Source of the DNA: Vicugna vicugna | Taxonomy: Eukaryota | DNA length: 64,000 nucleotides | Direction of reading: 5' to 3' | NCBI GenBank assembly: GCA_013265495.1 | Contig: MU058718.1 | Coordinates: 1 to 64,000 of the forward strand | Part shown: positions 62,261 to 64,000 of the stretch, one piece after another | How the letters are laid out: each line of letters starts with the position of its first letter | Numbering within the stretch: the first letter of the stretch is position 1 | Program-made: the position numbers and the translations under genes | Notes under the pieces: generated by a model | The model's database searches: none | Told to the model about the DNA's origin: nothing | The model's input: the letters and a program-made list of their open reading frames with translations, nothing else

Positions 62261-63904
62261 TGAATTGGGAACGATTTCCATTTCCTCTCCAGCAAAGAGT
62301 GGTGGCTAAGGATGGCCAGCTAAGCATCCAGAAGCCTCACCCAAGAACCCTGTCTCTGCCTCCAGGGAAGGGGGTGGAAAGAAGGAAGGAGCAGGTTTAT
62401 TCCCTCCTTGCCCTCCGCTTTTAGCTGCTCTACAGGCAGCTGCTGTGAAAAAGCGTTAGAGCTGCTGCTGATTCCTATCAGATAGGAACTATGCCAAGCA
62501 TAGCCAGCCTTAATGAAAGGCTGCTTATCCTACATTAGTCATTAACTGGGTGCAAAAGTGAGTCTACAGCCTTCTGCTCCTCAAGCAGTGCGCAATCCAG
62601 AAGGGAGTGTAAACTATGAAATACAGGACAAGGTTAAATGAAATATAGGCCAAATGGAGCTCAAGTGACATGGTACAGGGATTCAGAAGAGAAACTGTCT
62701 TAGCTGTGTCTTGGAAGATCGAGGAGGGCTCCACACAGAAGGCGGCATCTGAAGACTAGGACAAATTTCCAGAGCCAGAGTATCCAGAAATGGCATTCCC
62801 AAGCTGAGAGAATTGTAGGAACAATGATAACTTAATGCTTTTTCAGAGGCTGGAAGTATAGTTTGGAAACTGAAGATGGAGAGGTTTGATTTTTTTTGTT
62901 TTGTTTTCGTTCTTTGTTTTTGCTTTAAAAAAAAATTCCATACTCAGGAATTTGGACTTTGTCCCTGTACACAGTGGGAGAAGCAATGCAGGTTTTGCAA
63001 GGTCATCTGTGTTCTGGAAGTGTATGTGCAACTTATGGATTCGATCAATAACACCCTCATTGTATTCCCAGCATTCTGCCAGGCACCATGGCGCCAAAAG
63101 GAAGACCACACTCTTTACTGAAAGAGGCTACAGTCAATTAAAGAGATAAAGCACAGACCCAGAATCAGAAAGAGAGCTGGGGAAGAGCGTCATAGAAGCA
63201 CACTGGCTGCAGGAATTCAGAAAAGGAAAACCGACCAGGAGAGGCTTAATGGAGGAAGTGAGCTGGGACTGAGCCATGAACAAAGTTCAGGATTAAAACT
63301 GCAGGAAGAAAGGAGAAGCACATTCTGAGACTGAGCAGGAGGGACAAGGTGGGACAAAAGCAGCATGCACAAAGTCTGTTAGGGAAGTGGGCTTGCAGTC
63401 CTGAGGATATAGACTTGGGTTTGGAAACTAGAATTTGGAAACTGTGAACAGAGGCCATAGCACAGCAGGTTTTTCAAGTAGTACCACCACAACATGTACC
63501 AAAGTCATTTTCTTTCCCTCAAACCAACGCAGATGCAGGCTACATAAGGGGACCCATTTTATTCCCTTTTTCCAATACGACCAAACCTAGAGATGCAACC
63601 AGGAAACTGCAAACTGCAACCTGGTGCTAAAACACATTTTTGTTCCTTTGGGAAAGAGCACAAGTTCATCAGCCTAGAAAGTCCTCAAACTTTCTTAAAG
63701 CTGATGTCCAGGAAGTGCTAGGTCACTGCCTGGGCTCTAGGAGGGACCACAGGAGAAATGATCATACAAAATCATGGCACAAAGTGAGAAACTAGCACGC
63801 ACCAGGCAGGTCATGCACATATGCCCAAAACTGAACTCTATGCCTTTAGTAGCACTGACTAAAAATAATCCCCTATGTAGGAGGCAACGTGGTGTCTGGG
63901 AAAG

Positions 63905-64000
63905 TCCCCAGGTGGAATCCTGGCAGCACCACTCACTGTATGACCTAATTGCTTTAAGCTTCAATTTCCTCATCTGTAAAGTGAGGATAATAGCATCTGC
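63905..64000 (+). mobile_element. MIR
   Basis: GAATCCTGGCAGCACCACTCACTGTATGACC...TTTCCTCATCTGTAAAGTGAGGATAATAGCA. Confidence 0.8.

Overview
Mammalian, AT-rich, CpG-depleted, repeat-dense genomic DNA, most likely from a camelid: it carries eight copies of a tRNA-derived SINE matching my recollection of the camelid Vic-1 family, plus cetartiodactyl-type L1 3' tails. I find no intact protein-coding gene, RNA gene or CRISPR array. Much of the window is transposon debris (L1, L2, MIR, MaLR/ERVL, ERV1, ERVK-like solo LTRs, hAT and Tigger DNA elements). Most interesting signal: the non-repeat islands from about 3.4 kb to 60.6 kb repeatedly read as stop-poor, protein-like frames on the + strand. Two are bounded by AG/GT, are multiples of three (291 and 171 nt, both phase 2-2) and have one TAA each. 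This suggests a large, unidentified, decayed multi-exon gene (candidate unitary pseudogene); it is an inference that needs cross-species alignment. Other notable structures: a CpG-rich mRNA 3'-end retrocopy nested in an L1 tail (15-bp TSD), a SINE apparently carrying transduced 3' flank, twin ~96%-identical solo LTRs 15.3 kb apart, a near-perfect 153-bp tandem duplication, a twin-priming L1 inversion and an orphan CpG-rich promoter-like element. Repeat family names are from recognition by eye, not database searches; old-repeat boundaries are approximate.
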